64,000 bases of DNA from an uncultured cyanobacterium (lineage in GTDB: Bacteria > Cyanobacteriota > Cyanobacteriia > Cyanobacteriales > CAWCAG01), in assembly GCA_963803805.1 (NCBI GenBank), contig CAWDOD010000004.1:288001-352000 (forward strand), given 5' to 3'. The notes beneath the pieces are model-generated. The model did not search any database, was not told the origin of the DNA, and saw only the letters and a list, made by a program, of their open reading frames with translations. Positions within the stretch are counted from its first letter, which is position 1, and the number at the start of each line of letters is the position of its first letter. Below are positions 1-10,230 of this stretch, one piece after another. A program made the position numbers and the translations under genes.

Positions 1-527
1 CGGATGCTTCGGCTGCCACAAGAGACTATGTGTTTGATATTCAAGATGTTGCAGGCAAAGCACCAATCTTGTCAATTTTTGGTGGTAAGATTACTACATT
101 CCGCAGACTAGCAGAAGCGGCAATTGACAATTTGTCTACCTATTTTGATCAGCCGAGGAAAACCTGGACAGCAACAGTCCCTCTCCCTGGAGGGAATCTC
201 AAAGGGATGTCTTTTGAAGCTTTTGTTGAGGCAAAACAAAGTCAGTATTCCTGGGCATCTCCGGAAATGATTTATCGGTTGTGTCGAGAATACGGCAGTT
301 GTATCGACTCTTTGTTAGCAGAATGTACTAGTGTATCTGATTTGGGGCAACACTTTGGTCACAACTTCTATGAAGCAGAAGCCCGTTATTTGGCTAGCTA
401 CGAATTTGCCCAAACAGCAGATGATGTTTTGTGGCGACGTTCCAAACTGGGGTTGCATTTAACAGTTCAGGAAAAAGAGCGATTTAAGAGTATGTTTGAC
501 AAGGAGTTGGTGAAAAGTGAACATTAA
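1..527 (+). CDS. glpD: Glycerol-3-phosphate dehydrogenase, C-terminal part (truncated by window start)
   Basis: Frame open from base 3: DASAATRDYVFD...APILSIFGGKITTFRRLAE...PLPGG...DVLWRRSKLGL, typical of the GlpD C-terminus; directly upstream of glpK. Confidence 0.9.
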   Translation, partial: DASAATRDYVFDIQDVAGKAPILSIFGGKITTFRRLAEAAIDNLSTYFDQPRKTWTATVPLPGGNLKGMSFEAFVEAKQSQYSWASPEMIYRLCREYGSCIDSLLAECTSVSDLGQHFGHNFYEAEARYLASYEFAQTADDVLWRRSKLGLHLTVQEKERFKSMFDKELVKSEH

Positions 528-556
528 AAAATATAATGATAAATGGTAAATGAGCA

Positions 557-2065
557 ATGAGCAATGAGCAGTACATTCTTGCCCTTGATTTAGGAACCAC
601 AGGCAACCGAGCAATTTTATTCGATCACCAAGGGGCAGTAGTAGGGCAAGCATATCAAGAATTAACACAATACTATCCTCAACCCGGTTGGTTGGAACAC
701 GATGCAACGGAAATTTGGCAAGACATTCGTCGTTGCATTACTAAAGTAGTTCAAAAAACAAAAATAGCCCCAAAGACTATTGTTGCTGCTGGTTTGACGG
801 TACAAAGAGAAACTTGCTTATTGTGGGATAAAACCACTGGCAAACCTTTGCATAAAGCGATTGTTTGGCAAGATCGTCGTACTGCTGCCCAATGTCATCA
901 GTTAATTGAACAAGGACATTCTGCAACTATTATAGAAAGCACTGGTTTGGTGGTAGATGCTTATTTCTCTGCTACTAAGTTAGCTTGGTTATTAAACTGG
1001 GTTAAGGAGCATAATTCAGAAATTGATCTCAACAACATCCTAGCGGGAACTATTGATACTTGGGTACTTTGGAACCTAACAGGGGGCAAAGTTCATAGCA
1101 CAGATCATAGCAATGCTAGCCGCACTATGTTGATGAACCTAGCTAGCTTAGATTGGGATGATACCTTGTTGGAATTGTTCCATATTCCCCGCCAGTTAAT
1201 GCCAACTATTAAGCCCAGTATGGGGAAATTTGGGACAATCAGCCCGGAAATATTAGGAGTAGAAATTCCCATCACTGCTATCTTCGGTGATCAACAATCC
1301 GCCTTATTTGCCCATGGTTGCGATCGCCCTGGACTATTAAAATGTACCTATGGCACAGGTTCTTTTTTAGTTGCCCAAGCCGGGGAAAAAATTGTGCGAT
1401 CGCGCCAAAAACTTCTTTCTACCGTCGCCTGGACAAAATCTGCCCAAGAAGTGAATTACGCCATCGAAGGTGCAATGTTCACCACCGGGGCTTGCATCCA
1501 ATGGCTTAGGGATGGCTTAAAGCTAATTAAAACCGCCCAGGAAACAGAATCTTTAGCCCAACAAGTCGAAGATACCAACGGTGTTTACTTTGTTCCTGCT
1601 TTAAGTGGCTTAGGCGCGCCTCACTGGGATATGAGCGCCCGTGGAGCCTTTTTTGGTATAACTGGAGGGGTAGGGCGAGAACATTTGGTGAGGGCTGTTT
1701 TAGAGTCCATTGCTTACCAAGTTAAAGAAGTGGTTGAAGCGATTAATCAAGATAGCAACCAAGCTGTTTCCCTACTCAAGGTAGATGGGGGTATGTCGCA
1801 AAATAACTTCCTGATGCAATTCCAAGCAGATGTTTTGGGCATCAAAGTAGAACGTCCTGCTATTATTGATGCTACTGCCCAAGGTGCAGCTTTTGGTGCA
1901 GGTTTAGCCGTAGGATTTTGGGAGGATTACCAAGAATTAATTGCCCAACGCAAAGTAGAACGAGTTTTTCAGCCTGGAGAAGGGGCAAGTCAAGCCCAAG
2001 CTAACTTTGCACCCTGGCAAGAAGCTGTAGAAAGAACAAAAAAATGGCTCATCTCTAAATCATAA
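557..2065 (+). CDS. glpK: Glycerol kinase
   Basis: ILALDLGTTGNR, QRET, WQDRRT, YFSATK, GDQQSALF, KCTYGTG and VDGG motifs of FGGY glycerol kinases. Confidence 0.95.
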   Translation: MSNEQYILALDLGTTGNRAILFDHQGAVVGQAYQELTQYYPQPGWLEHDATEIWQDIRRCITKVVQKTKIAPKTIVAAGLTVQRETCLLWDKTTGKPLHKAIVWQDRRTAAQCHQLIEQGHSATIIESTGLVVDAYFSATKLAWLLNWVKEHNSEIDLNNILAGTIDTWVLWNLTGGKVHSTDHSNASRTMLMNLASLDWDDTLLELFHIPRQLMPTIKPSMGKFGTISPEILGVEIPITAIFGDQQSALFAHGCDRPGLLKCTYGTGSFLVAQAGEKIVRSRQKLLSTVAWTKSAQEVNYAIEGAMFTTGACIQWLRDGLKLIKTAQETESLAQQVEDTNGVYFVPALSGLGAPHWDMSARGAFFGITGGVGREHLVRAVLESIAYQVKEVVEAINQDSNQAVSLLKVDGGMSQNNFLMQFQADVLGIKVERPAIIDATAQGAAFGAGLAVGFWEDYQELIAQRKVERVFQPGEGASQAQANFAPWQEAVERTKKWLISKS

Positions 2066-2163
2066 GTACTTGAGCAAAATTAACTTAACATTTTGTTGGG
2101 GTAGGGAACAGTTAATATAACTGAATAGCAAATATACGAATAATTTTGTACGACTACCTGAAT

Positions 2164-4302
2164 TTAACTTTTGACGATTGGCCCAAAATCTGCTAAGACT
2201 CTGGCGTGGTTGCGTAATAAGCCTAATAAATTGAGACGATTTTCTTTTACTTTTTCATCTTCTGCCATCACCAAAACGCTATCTTCCCCATCAAAAAAGC
2301 TCCTTACTGTGGGAGTAATTTGGGCTAACTCGTCTACTAATAATTGATAATTACGCTGTTGTTGAGAAGCTTGAGTTTTGGGGACTAATTGTACTAAAGC
2401 ATCATAAAAACTTTGCTCAGAATTCTTTTCAAACAAATCTACATTTACTACTTCTGATGGTTGCAACTCTTTGGTGTTTAAGTTCCCTTTAACCGCTAAA
2501 CGAGTAGAGCGGTTAACTGTTTCATAAATTATATCTAAGGTTTTGTTATTGCGAATTTCCTGGAGGAATAAGGCGCGATCTCGAACATCTAATAAATCTG
2601 TTAAAGCCCTATTAGTATATTCTGGATCACTTTCTCCCAACACAGCATTAACCAGATCATAATCAATACTTAAGTCGCTTTGCAATAGGGTTTGAATCCG
2701 TTGAACAAAGAACTCTTCTAGGGACTCTAAAGGAGATTCAGATGCAGAAAAAGTAGCGATAAACTTGTCGGAAAATTGCTGTAATAAAGCTGCTAAATCT
2801 ATACTCAATTCAGCATCCCAAATAATATTAATTATGCTATTAGCTGCCCGCCGTAAAGCAAAGGGATCTGTCGAACCTGTGGGTATCATCCCTAAACCAA
2901 AAATACTAACCAAGCTATCTAAACGATCAGCAATACCAACTACTTGTCCGGTTAAAGATTGTGGTAATTTATCTTCAGCCCCCCGTGGTAAGTAGTGTTC
3001 AGAAATTCCTTTAGCAACAACTTCTTTTTCACCACTAGCTAAAGCATATTTTTCCCCCATAATACCTTCAAGTTCAGGAAACTCATAAACCATTTGCGTC
3101 ATAAGATCCCCTTTCGCTAAAAAGGCAGTACGTTGAATATCTTCAATATCAGTTTGACTAACTTTTAATTGAGTTGCGATCGCCCCAGCAATATCTTGAA
3201 AACGTTCTACCTTTTCTTTTACCGTACCCAACTTTTCTTGAAAAGTCATAGTTTCTAGTTGAGGTACATAATCACCTAAAGGTTTAGCTAAATCTGCTTG
3301 ATAGAAAAACTGGGCATCAGCTAACCTAGCCCGAATTACCCGACCATTTCCTGCCGCAATAATTTTCGCTTTAGTGGGGTCGCCATTAGAAATAGTAATA
3401 AAATTAGGTAATAAATTATTATTACTATCTTGAATGGGAAAATAGCGCTGATGAGTTACCATAACTGTAGTAATCACTTCATCTGGTAATTCTAAAAATT
3501 GTGATTCAAATTCTCCCACCACAGCAGTAGGATATTCTACTAAATTAGTTACTTCTGCTAACAATTCGGGATAAACTATGGCACTACCAGAAATCTCTTT
3601 AGCTGCTTCATTAATATCTTGTTCAATCAAGTTCTTGCGTTCAACTTGATCAACTTGAATAAAAGCGGACTTTAAAGACTCTAAATAACTCTGAGCATTG
3701 ATAATAACTATAGGTTCAGGATGTAAAACTCGATGTCCTAAACAGAGGCGATCGCTGCTTAAAGTTGTCTCCCCATTAACTAATTTAAGGGGTAAAATGT
3801 CCGCATCCAAAAGGGCAACTAACCAGCGAATCGGGCGAGGAAAACGTAAATCCCCATTTCCCCAACGCATAAACCGCTTACCTTCTAAACTATTAATCCA
3901 ATTAGGAATTAAATCTGGTAAAATCTCTGTAGTTAATTTCCCCCTAATCTGCTTTTCAACAAAAACAAATTCTCCTTTCTCTGTAGGGCGAATTGACAAA
4001 CTATCTAAGTCAACTCCTTGCTTCTTAGCAAAACCTGCTGCTGCTTTAGTCGGTTTCCCCTCCTTAAAAGCCACCTTTGCCGGGGGACCTTTAATTTCTT
4101 CTTCTCGGTTTGGTTGCTTGTCAGGTAAGCCTTCAATCACCACCGCAAGACGACGAGGAGTTCCATACACTTTAATACTTTCAGGACTCAAAAAGACATC
4201 TTGCAAACTTTTGGGCAGAGAATCTTCCCACTGCTCAATGGCACTATCAACAAAATCTGCGGGTAATTCTTCTGTACCGACTTCTAAAACAAAGGTTGGC
4301 AT
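2164..4302 (-). CDS. glyS: Glycine--tRNA ligase beta subunit
   Basis: [46 protein letters not shown]. Confidence 0.97.
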   Translation of the reverse strand: MPTFVLEVGTEELPADFVDSAIEQWEDSLPKSLQDVFLSPESIKVYGTPRRLAVVIEGLPDKQPNREEEIKGPPAKVAFKEGKPTKAAAGFAKKQGVDLDSLSIRPTEKGEFVFVEKQIRGKLTTEILPDLIPNWINSLEGKRFMRWGNGDLRFPRPIRWLVALLDADILPLKLVNGETTLSSDRLCLGHRVLHPEPIVIINAQSYLESLKSAFIQVDQVERKNLIEQDINEAAKEISGSAIVYPELLAEVTNLVEYPTAVVGEFESQFLELPDEVITTVMVTHQRYFPIQDSNNNLLPNFITISNGDPTKAKIIAAGNGRVIRARLADAQFFYQADLAKPLGDYVPQLETMTFQEKLGTVKEKVERFQDIAGAIATQLKVSQTDIEDIQRTAFLAKGDLMTQMVYEFPELEGIMGEKYALASGEKEVVAKGISEHYLPRGAEDKLPQSLTGQVVGIADRLDSLVSIFGLGMIPTGSTDPFALRRAANSIINIIWDAELSIDLAALLQQFSDKFIATFSASESPLESLEEFFVQRIQTLLQSDLSIDYDLVNAVLGESDPEYTNRALTDLLDVRDRALFLQEIRNNKTLDIIYETVNRSTRLAVKGNLNTKELQPSEVVNVDLFEKNSEQSFYDALVQLVPKTQASQQQRNYQLLVDELAQITPTVRSFFDGEDSVLVMAEDEKVKENRLNLLGLLRNHARVLADFGPIVKS

Positions 4303-4650
4303 AATATAGGTCTAATATAAAATCTGTCCACTAGGAAAAGGCCAAGGGTAAGCCGTACTAAATTATCCCCTAGTACCAAAAATAAAGACAAGGGAATCAA
4401 AAAACAAATTTACCAAGATACATTTTGCACCCCAGAATATTTCTTATCTAGGGTTGAGTCATTGATCTACTATTTTCCTTAATATCAGTTCTTCAATAAG
4501 CGATCGCAGATAATTCAGATAAAATCCGGATAATCAACCTCAACTAAGCTAAATAAATGTAGGAGCATCAAGAGGAAGTAGCTTATTTTCATCATCAACG
4601 AACAAACTTTAAGCTACAATTAAAGGCTGTGATTATTTTTCTTGTGACCC

Positions 4651-5013
4651 ATGAAAACCGAAGAAATCATCCGCTCTATAGAAGCAGAACATATCAAAAA
4701 GGACTTACCTGTCATCCATATTGGCGATACCGTCCGAGTTGGAGTACGCATTCGTGAAGGTAATAAAGAAAGGGTACAGCCCTACGAAGGTACAGTCATT
4801 GCTAGACGTAATGGTGGCATCAGCGAAACTATTACCGTCAGAAAAGTTTTCCAAGGAGTAGGAGTAGAAAGAGTCTTTTTGCTTCATTCTCCTCGTATCG
4901 ACAAAATCAAAATTATCCGTCGCGGTAAAGTTCGTCGAGCTAAATTGTATTACTTACGCGATCGCGTCGGTAAAGCAACCCGCATTAAACAGCGTTTCGA
5001 CCGCTCTATCTAA
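4651..5013 (+). CDS. rplS: 50S ribosomal protein L19
   Basis: GDTVRV...GVGVERVF...[13 protein letters not shown]. Confidence 0.98.
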   Translation: MKTEEIIRSIEAEHIKKDLPVIHIGDTVRVGVRIREGNKERVQPYEGTVIARRNGGISETITVRKVFQGVGVERVFLLHSPRIDKIKIIRRGKVRRAKLYYLRDRVGKATRIKQRFDRSI

Positions 5014-5083
5014 ACAACTTGTGCAGCATTGCGTTACAATTAACGAGAGACAGGCTTAACTTTGGCTGAAATTCCAAAGCTCT

Positions 5084-5156
5084 GCGCTCTTAGTTCAGTT
5101 GGTAGAACGCGGGTCTCCAAAACCCGATGTCGGGGGTTCAAGTCCTCCAGGGCGCG
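5084..5156 (+). tRNA. trnW: tRNA-Trp (CCA)
   Basis: GCGCTCT/AGGGCGC acceptor stem, anticodon arm CGGGT-CT CCA AA-ACCCG, T-loop GTTCAAG; conserved position between rplS and secE. Confidence 0.97.
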
Positions 5157-5375
5157 CTCTCAATTCAAGCAGCAAAACAAGTACTTTTATCTTGGCTAGT
5201 CCTTAGTAAAAGCATCCCCTGACCTGTGTTAGACTTCATTAAGAGATAACGCAGCTACTGGGAATATCACAAAAAGTGAGTACAGAACTTTAAAGCTTTT
5301 GGAGTTCTTGAATTTTGTACTTTATCAATTCCCAGCCATAAGCTATTTAGCAATTAACGGGGGAGGGAATGGATA

Positions 5376-5615
5376 GTGGCGAAAAAAGACGTAGCACCAA
5401 AAGAAATGGCAACGGCTCAAGAAAGTAAAAATTCTTCTGGGATAGGTAAATTCATCCAAGAAACCCAAGAAGAACTCAAAAAAATAGTTTGGCCATCTAG
5501 ACAGCAGTTGATTAGCGAATCAGCCGCCGTAATATCGATGGTCATTTTGGTTGCTACACTTATTTATTTTATCGACAAACTCTTCGCTTGGGGAGCAGAG
5601 AAGGTATTCGGATGA
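5376..5615 (+). CDS. secE: Preprotein translocase subunit SecE
   Basis: ELKKIVWPSRQQL plus one TM helix; GTG start after a GGGAGG RBS; ATGA overlap with nusG. Confidence 0.95.
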   Translation: MAKKDVAPKEMATAQESKNSSGIGKFIQETQEELKKIVWPSRQQLISESAAVISMVILVATLIYFIDKLFAWGAEKVFG

Positions 5616-6235
5616 GTTTTGCAGCAGATGATGAGCTAGAAATACCAGAACAAGAGGCTCAAAAGAAACCCAAAAACGGCCGCTGGTATGCCGTACAAGT
5701 CGCTTCCGGTTGTGAGAAGCGAGTTAAAGCTAACTTAGAACAGCGCATCCATACCCTAGATGTCGCTGATAAGGTTTTTCAGGTACAAATTCCCCATACA
5801 CCAACGATAAAAATCCGCAAGGATGGTTCTCGCCAACAAAGTGAGGAGAAAGTTTTCCCTGGCTATGTTTTGGTTAAAATGACCATGGATGATGATGCTT
5901 GGCAAGCAGTGAAAAACACCCCTAATGTCATTAACTTCGTTGGTGCAGAACAAAAGCGCCGTTATGGTAGGGGCAGAGGTCACGTTAAACCGATGCCCCT
6001 AAGTCCAGGGGAAGTAGAACGTATCTTCAAACAAACCCAAGAACAAGAACCAGTTGTCAAAATTGACATGGCTGTGGGAGACAAAATTGCTGTTCTCTCG
6101 GGGCCATTTAAGGAATTTGAAGGAGAAGTAATTGAAGTTAGCCCCGAAAGGAGCAAATTAAAAGCACTTCTCTCTATCTTTGGGCGAGATACACCAGTAG
6201 AATTGGAATTTAATCAGGTTGAGAAACAAAATTAA
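5612..6235 (+). CDS. nusG: Transcription termination/antitermination factor NusG
   Basis: [22 protein letters not shown] motif [19 protein letters not shown]; start placed at ATG 5612 overlapping the secE stop. Confidence 0.97.
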   Translation: MSFAADDELEIPEQEAQKKPKNGRWYAVQVASGCEKRVKANLEQRIHTLDVADKVFQVQIPHTPTIKIRKDGSRQQSEEKVFPGYVLVKMTMDDDAWQAVKNTPNVINFVGAEQKRRYGRGRGHVKPMPLSPGEVERIFKQTQEQEPVVKIDMAVGDKIAVLSGPFKEFEGEVIEVSPERSKLKALLSIFGRDTPVELEFNQVEKQN

Positions 6236-6237
6236 AG

Positions 6238-6663
6238 ATGGCAAAAAAAGTTGTTGCGCTGATTAAGCTGGCCTTACCAGCAGGGAAAGCGAACCCAGCC
6301 CCCCCCGTAGGTCCTGCATTAGGTCAACATGGTGTCAACATCATGGCATTCTGTAAAGAATATAACGCCCGCACCGCAGACCAAGTAGGAATGGTGATCC
6401 CAGTAGAAATTTCGGTTTATGAAGACCGGAGTTTCACCTTTGCTCTAAAAACTCCACCAGCTTCAGTTTTAATTCGTAAAGCGGCCGGAGTGGAAAAAGG
6501 AGCCAGCGAACCAAATAAACAAAAGATTGGGACAATTACCCGCGCTCAACTCCAAGAGATAGCCCAAACAAAAATGCCTGACCTCAATGCTAATGATATT
6601 GAGGCAGCCATGAAAATTGTCGAAGGCACTGCTCGTAACATGGGCGTTGGCGTTGAGGGTTAA
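6238..6663 (+). CDS. rplK: 50S ribosomal protein L11
   Basis: [29 protein letters not shown]. Confidence 0.98.
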   Translation: MAKKVVALIKLALPAGKANPAPPVGPALGQHGVNIMAFCKEYNARTADQVGMVIPVEISVYEDRSFTFALKTPPASVLIRKAAGVEKGASEPNKQKIGTITRAQLQEIAQTKMPDLNANDIEAAMKIVEGTARNMGVGVEG

Positions 6664-6689
6664 AGGTAAAATTAATTAAGAGCAAACTA

Positions 6690-6718
6690 GGGGAGAAGCC
6701 AAAGCTTCGTTAAGACCC
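6690..6718 (+). promoter_or_regulatory. Probable L1-binding autoregulatory hairpin ahead of rplA
   Basis: GGGGAGAAGC-CAAA-GCTTCGTTAAGACCC: stem with GGAG/TAA internal-loop elements resembling L1 mRNA targets, next to the rplA RBS. Confidence 0.4.
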
Positions 6719-6730
6719 AAGGAGAAATAA

Positions 6731-7447
6731 ATGGCCAAAAAACTATCCCGTCGCATCAAAGCGGCTTTAGCAAAAATTGAAGACCGGGCTTACGAACCCT
6801 TAGAAGCTATCAACCTCATGAAGGAAACAGCCACAGCCAAGTTTGAGGAAACGGCTGAGGTGCATATCCGCTTAGGAATTGATCCTAAATATACAGACCA
6901 ACAGCTACGAACTACCGTTAGCTTACCCAAAGGTACAGGACAAGAAGTACGGGTAGCAGTAATTGCTAGGGGTGAAAAAGTCACCGAAGCCCAAGAAGCT
7001 GGCGCTGATGTGGCGGGTTCAGAAGAATTGATTGAAGAAATCCAAAAAGGTATGATGGATTTTGATACCTTAATTGCCACCCCAGATATGATGCCTAAAG
7101 TGGCTAAACTAGGTCGCTTACTTGGACCTCGCGGCTTGATGCCTTCTCCTAAAGGAGGAACCGTTACCGCAGACTTACAAGGAGCAATTAAAGCCTTTAA
7201 AGCTGGTAAACTAGAATTTCGTGCTGACAGAACAGGCATCGTTCATGTTATGTTTGGTAAGATATCTTTCCCCAGTGAAGACCTTTTGGCTAACCTCAAA
7301 GCACTGCAAGAAACTGTAGAGCGTAACCGTCCAGCAGGAGCAAAAGGCCGTTACTGGCGGAGTATGTATATTTCTGCCACTATGGGACCATCTATAGAGG
7401 TGGATATTTCAGCTCTTCGAGATATAAAAACCCTTGAAGCCGCTTAA
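6731..7447 (+). CDS. rplA: 50S ribosomal protein L1
   Basis: [35 protein letters not shown]. Confidence 0.98.
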   Translation: MAKKLSRRIKAALAKIEDRAYEPLEAINLMKETATAKFEETAEVHIRLGIDPKYTDQQLRTTVSLPKGTGQEVRVAVIARGEKVTEAQEAGADVAGSEELIEEIQKGMMDFDTLIATPDMMPKVAKLGRLLGPRGLMPSPKGGTVTADLQGAIKAFKAGKLEFRADRTGIVHVMFGKISFPSEDLLANLKALQETVERNRPAGAKGRYWRSMYISATMGPSIEVDISALRDIKTLEAA

Positions 7448-7504
7448 ACAAAGGAGAATTTGCTCAACTTGAAAAGCATTAACTGAAAACTGAATCGGCT
7501 TATG

Positions 7505-7656
7505 CCAAAGACAGCAGGGGGATAGCTTGCTAACTTAATTATCCTGCCGAGGTTAATGCCTAGAGTTGATGTCACCAAAAACTACATGGTGACATATATC
7601 AAAAAGCTCTGAGCAAATTATCAAACAACCCCGGCACTAAGTCGGGGTTAATTTTT
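7505..7656 (+). promoter_or_regulatory. Ribosomal protein L10 leader
   Basis: CCAAAGACAGCAGG...TAA...CCTGCCGAGG core plus downstream hairpin AACCCCGGC-ACTAA-GTCGGGGTT, upstream of rplJ. Confidence 0.8.
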
Positions 7657-7740
7657 GGAGTCTAGTTATTTTTGAAAAATACCCAGAAGTCTCCAATGTT
7701 TAATGTTCAATGATCAATGAAATAAGGAGGTGAAACGAAT

Positions 7741-8307
7741 ATGGGACGAAGCTTTGCAGATAAGCAAGAAGTTGTTGCCAATCTAATTGAAGAATTGAGT
7801 GACACTCAACTGGCGCTAGTTATAGATTACAAAGGTTTATCCGTTGCTGAAATTAGCGACTTGCGGGATCGCTTGCGTCCGACTGGTACTACTTGCAAAG
7901 TAACTAAAAATACTTTGATGAATATTGCCATCAAAGAGGATGAAAACTGGCAACCGATGCAGGAATTTCTCAAAGATTCCTCAGCATTTTTGTTGGTTAA
8001 AGATGACCTGGGTGGCGCAATTAAAGCTTACCAAGGATTCCAAAAAGAAACCAAAAAAACCGCCTTTCGTGGTGGTGTGATGCAGGGAAGAGCCTTAAGC
8101 GAAGATGATGTTAAGGCGATCGCTGAATTACCATCCAAAGAAGAACTTATGGCCAAAATTGCTGGTGGGCTTAATGCCTTGGCTACTAAGTTAGCTGTGG
8201 GTATCAAAGAAGTACCAACCTCTTTAGGTCGTGGCATCAACGAAGTACCTAGTTCTCTAGGTCGAGTTTTACAAGCTGTTGCTCAACAAAAAGAAGGCGG
8301 CGAGTAA
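7741..8307 (+). CDS. rplJ: 50S ribosomal protein L10
   Basis: DYKGLSVAEISDLR, KVTKNTL, LPSKEEL. Confidence 0.97.
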   Translation: MGRSFADKQEVVANLIEELSDTQLALVIDYKGLSVAEISDLRDRLRPTGTTCKVTKNTLMNIAIKEDENWQPMQEFLKDSSAFLLVKDDLGGAIKAYQGFQKETKKTAFRGGVMQGRALSEDDVKAIAELPSKEELMAKIAGGLNALATKLAVGIKEVPTSLGRGINEVPSSLGRVLQAVAQQKEGGE

Positions 8308-8366
8308 TTTAATTATTATAACTCCCACCTCTAATCACAATCTCAAACCAAACAAGGAGAATATTA

Positions 8367-8762
8367 ATGTCTGCTACAACCGACGAAATCTTAGAAAAAC
8401 TAAAGTCCCTAACCTTATTAGAAGCTTCTGAATTAGTTAGCCAAATTGAAGATACCTTTGGTGTCAGTGCTGCTGCCCCTGTAGGTGGTATGATGGCTAT
8501 GGCTCCTGCTGCTGCTGGTGGCGGTGCTGCCCCTGCTGAGGTAGAAGAGCAGACCGAATTTGATGTTATTTTAGAAGACTTCGGTGCTAACAAAATTGCT
8601 GTGCTGAAGGTAGTACGTTCTATCACTGGTTTAGGTCTTAAAGAGGCTAAAGAAGTCGTAGAATCTGCTCCTAAGCCTGTTAAAGAAGCCGTAAGCAAAG
8701 AAGATGCTGAAGATGTGAAAAAGCAGCTAGAAGAAGCTGGTGCTAAGGCTAGCGTTAAGTAG
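8367..8762 (+). CDS. rplL: 50S ribosomal protein L7/L12
   Basis: LTLLEASEL, Ala-rich hinge, [17 protein letters not shown]. Confidence 0.98.
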   Translation: MSATTDEILEKLKSLTLLEASELVSQIEDTFGVSAAAPVGGMMAMAPAAAGGGAAPAEVEEQTEFDVILEDFGANKIAVLKVVRSITGLGLKEAKEVVESAPKPVKEAVSKEDAEDVKKQLEEAGAKASVK

Positions 8763-8770
8763 AAGAAGTT

Positions 8771-8803
8771 TTGTAGAGGCGTTGTTACTTCGCGTCTCTA
8801 CAA
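8771..8803 (+). terminator. Hairpin after rplL (terminator or palindromic repeat)
   Basis: TTGTAGAGGCG...CGTCTCTACAA inverted repeat 8 bp after the stop. Confidence 0.6.
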
Positions 8804-8816
8804 CTTAGCTTTTAAA

Positions 8817-8955
8817 GCGTTGCTGATTCAAGGTATGAAGCTGAAAGTAATACTGTTTTTAGCTTTTAGCTGTTAGCTCTTAGCTAAGGAACTAACTTTT
8901 GCACCTGAGATTATCAAAGTAATCTGCTTTTTTCCTACACATATCCAACAATGCC
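8817..8955. mobile_element. Degenerate MITE-like element
   Basis: Left end GCGTTGCTGATTCAAGGTATGAA matches, in reverse complement with one mismatch, the lone end at 61289-61312; right end TTCCTACACATATCCAACAATGCC is a decayed inverted copy; TTAGC heptamers inside. Confidence 0.5.
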
Positions 8956-9010
8956 GCTTTTAGGTTTTCTTAATCTATAATATCTTGGCAACTCCGTTTG
9001 AAATTGGATT

Positions 9011-9226
9011 ATGTTAGCCCACCGCATTAATGCCATAATTGGACAAGATAAAAAACTGACCCTTGAAAACCTACCTTTTCACTCTGGTGAAATAGTTGAG
9101 GTAATTATTTTATCTAAGTCCCAAAACCCATCTGAACAAAAAAGATATCCACTTCGCGGAACTATTTGTCAGTATATCAATCCTACTGAACCTGTAGCGC
9201 AAGATGAGTGGGAAGTTACAAAATGA
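9011..9226 (+). CDS. Putative antitoxin of a VapBC-type pair
   Basis: 71 aa with LTLENLPF..GEIVEVII and YPLRG..PTEPVAQDEWE; ATGA overlap with a PIN toxin gene. Confidence 0.75.
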   Translation: MLAHRINAIIGQDKKLTLENLPFHSGEIVEVIILSKSQNPSEQKRYPLRGTICQYINPTEPVAQDEWEVTK

Positions 9227-9621
9227 TTGTGCTTGATACTCATATTTGGATCTGGTGGGTGCATGGAGATGACAAGCTTAAGCAAGAATACCAAAATTAC
9301 GTTCAATCCCAAGAGTTGCAAGGTTTAGGAATTAGCACTATTTCTTGCTGGGAAACTGCTAAATTGGTTGAACGCAGTCGGTTGACTTTGCCTTGTCCTG
9401 TCAGCGAGTGGCTTGATCAAGCACTTGCTTATCCTGGTATCTGTCTTTTAGAGTTAACTCCTCAAATCTGTGTGGAGTCTACTCAACTACCTGGTGAATT
9501 TCACTGAGATCCTGCTGATCAGATTATTGTTGCAACAGCAAGGGTTTATGATTGTCCACTAGTAACTATGGATAGTAAAATACAAAGCTATTCTCATGTT
9601 CAGACGAAGCTTATCCCATAG
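9223..9621 (+). pseudogene. vapC: PIN-domain VapC toxin with an internal nonsense codon
   Basis: MIVLDTHIWIWW...; TGA at 9505-9507 sits in H*DPAD (family motif HRDP[AF]D); the same frame continues DPADQIIVATAR...LVTMDSKI to TAG 9619-9621. Confidence 0.88.
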
Positions 9622-9648
9622 GTTTTCTAATTTTTTTAGGGGTAATAA

Positions 9649-10221
9649 GTTGTTGAAAATTAACTGGAAATTTTCTGCGATTTTTGCTTTAGTGATCGCA
9701 CTCTTACCTTTTCCAGTCCTCGCCAATGCAGGAACACCTTTGATGTGGGCGGGAATTTCCCATCTTTTACTCGGCAATGCCATTATTGGTTCAGTAGAAG
9801 CATTCTTACTTACGAAACTATTTCGCACTCGCAAATGGCCATCTGTTTGGCTACTATACGCTGCTAACTACATATCTGCTTGGGTAGGAGCATTACTGAT
9901 TTTGCCTCTCTTGCCGGCGATCGCCCCCAATTTTATGAGGAAGTAACCAAGCTTACTAAAAACAGTGACTGGGAATATCGTACTGTAGTTTGGGCAGCAG
10001 GAGGAATTATTGGTAATAACCAAAAAGAGAATTCAGGATTCCAATTTGCCCTTGAAACACCTTTTGCCGCTTGGCGTGTGAGCAATGCTACTCACCTTGA
10101 AGGGGATGCAGTCGTCTTCCAACTTGGAGACAATCAAGTGTGTATCCTACAGCCTCAAGAAAAAACTATAGCTTTGATTACACGGGGAAGGGAACCCATT
10201 GTGGTGAAACCTAAATCATAA
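9649..10221 (+). pseudogene. Membrane protein remnant, two out-of-frame halves
   Basis: Hydrophobic N-terminal piece (ANAGTPLMWAG...AIIGSVEA) and C-terminal piece (FALETPFAAWRVSNATHL...) overlap in different frames around the HIP1 site at 9917-9924. Confidence 0.55.
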
Positions 10222-10230
10222 ATTGATATT

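Noticed and set aside
2765-8698. Antisense ORFs over glyS, nusG, rplA, rplJ and rplL (e.g. 3698-4309, 6790-7239, 8309-8698)
   Set aside because: Shadow frames of conserved genes with no recognisable motifs.
9505-9507. Selenocysteine or programmed read-through of the vapC TGA
   Set aside because: The position corresponds to Arg/Lys in the family motif, not Cys, and I see no SECIS-like hairpin; a point mutation is simpler.
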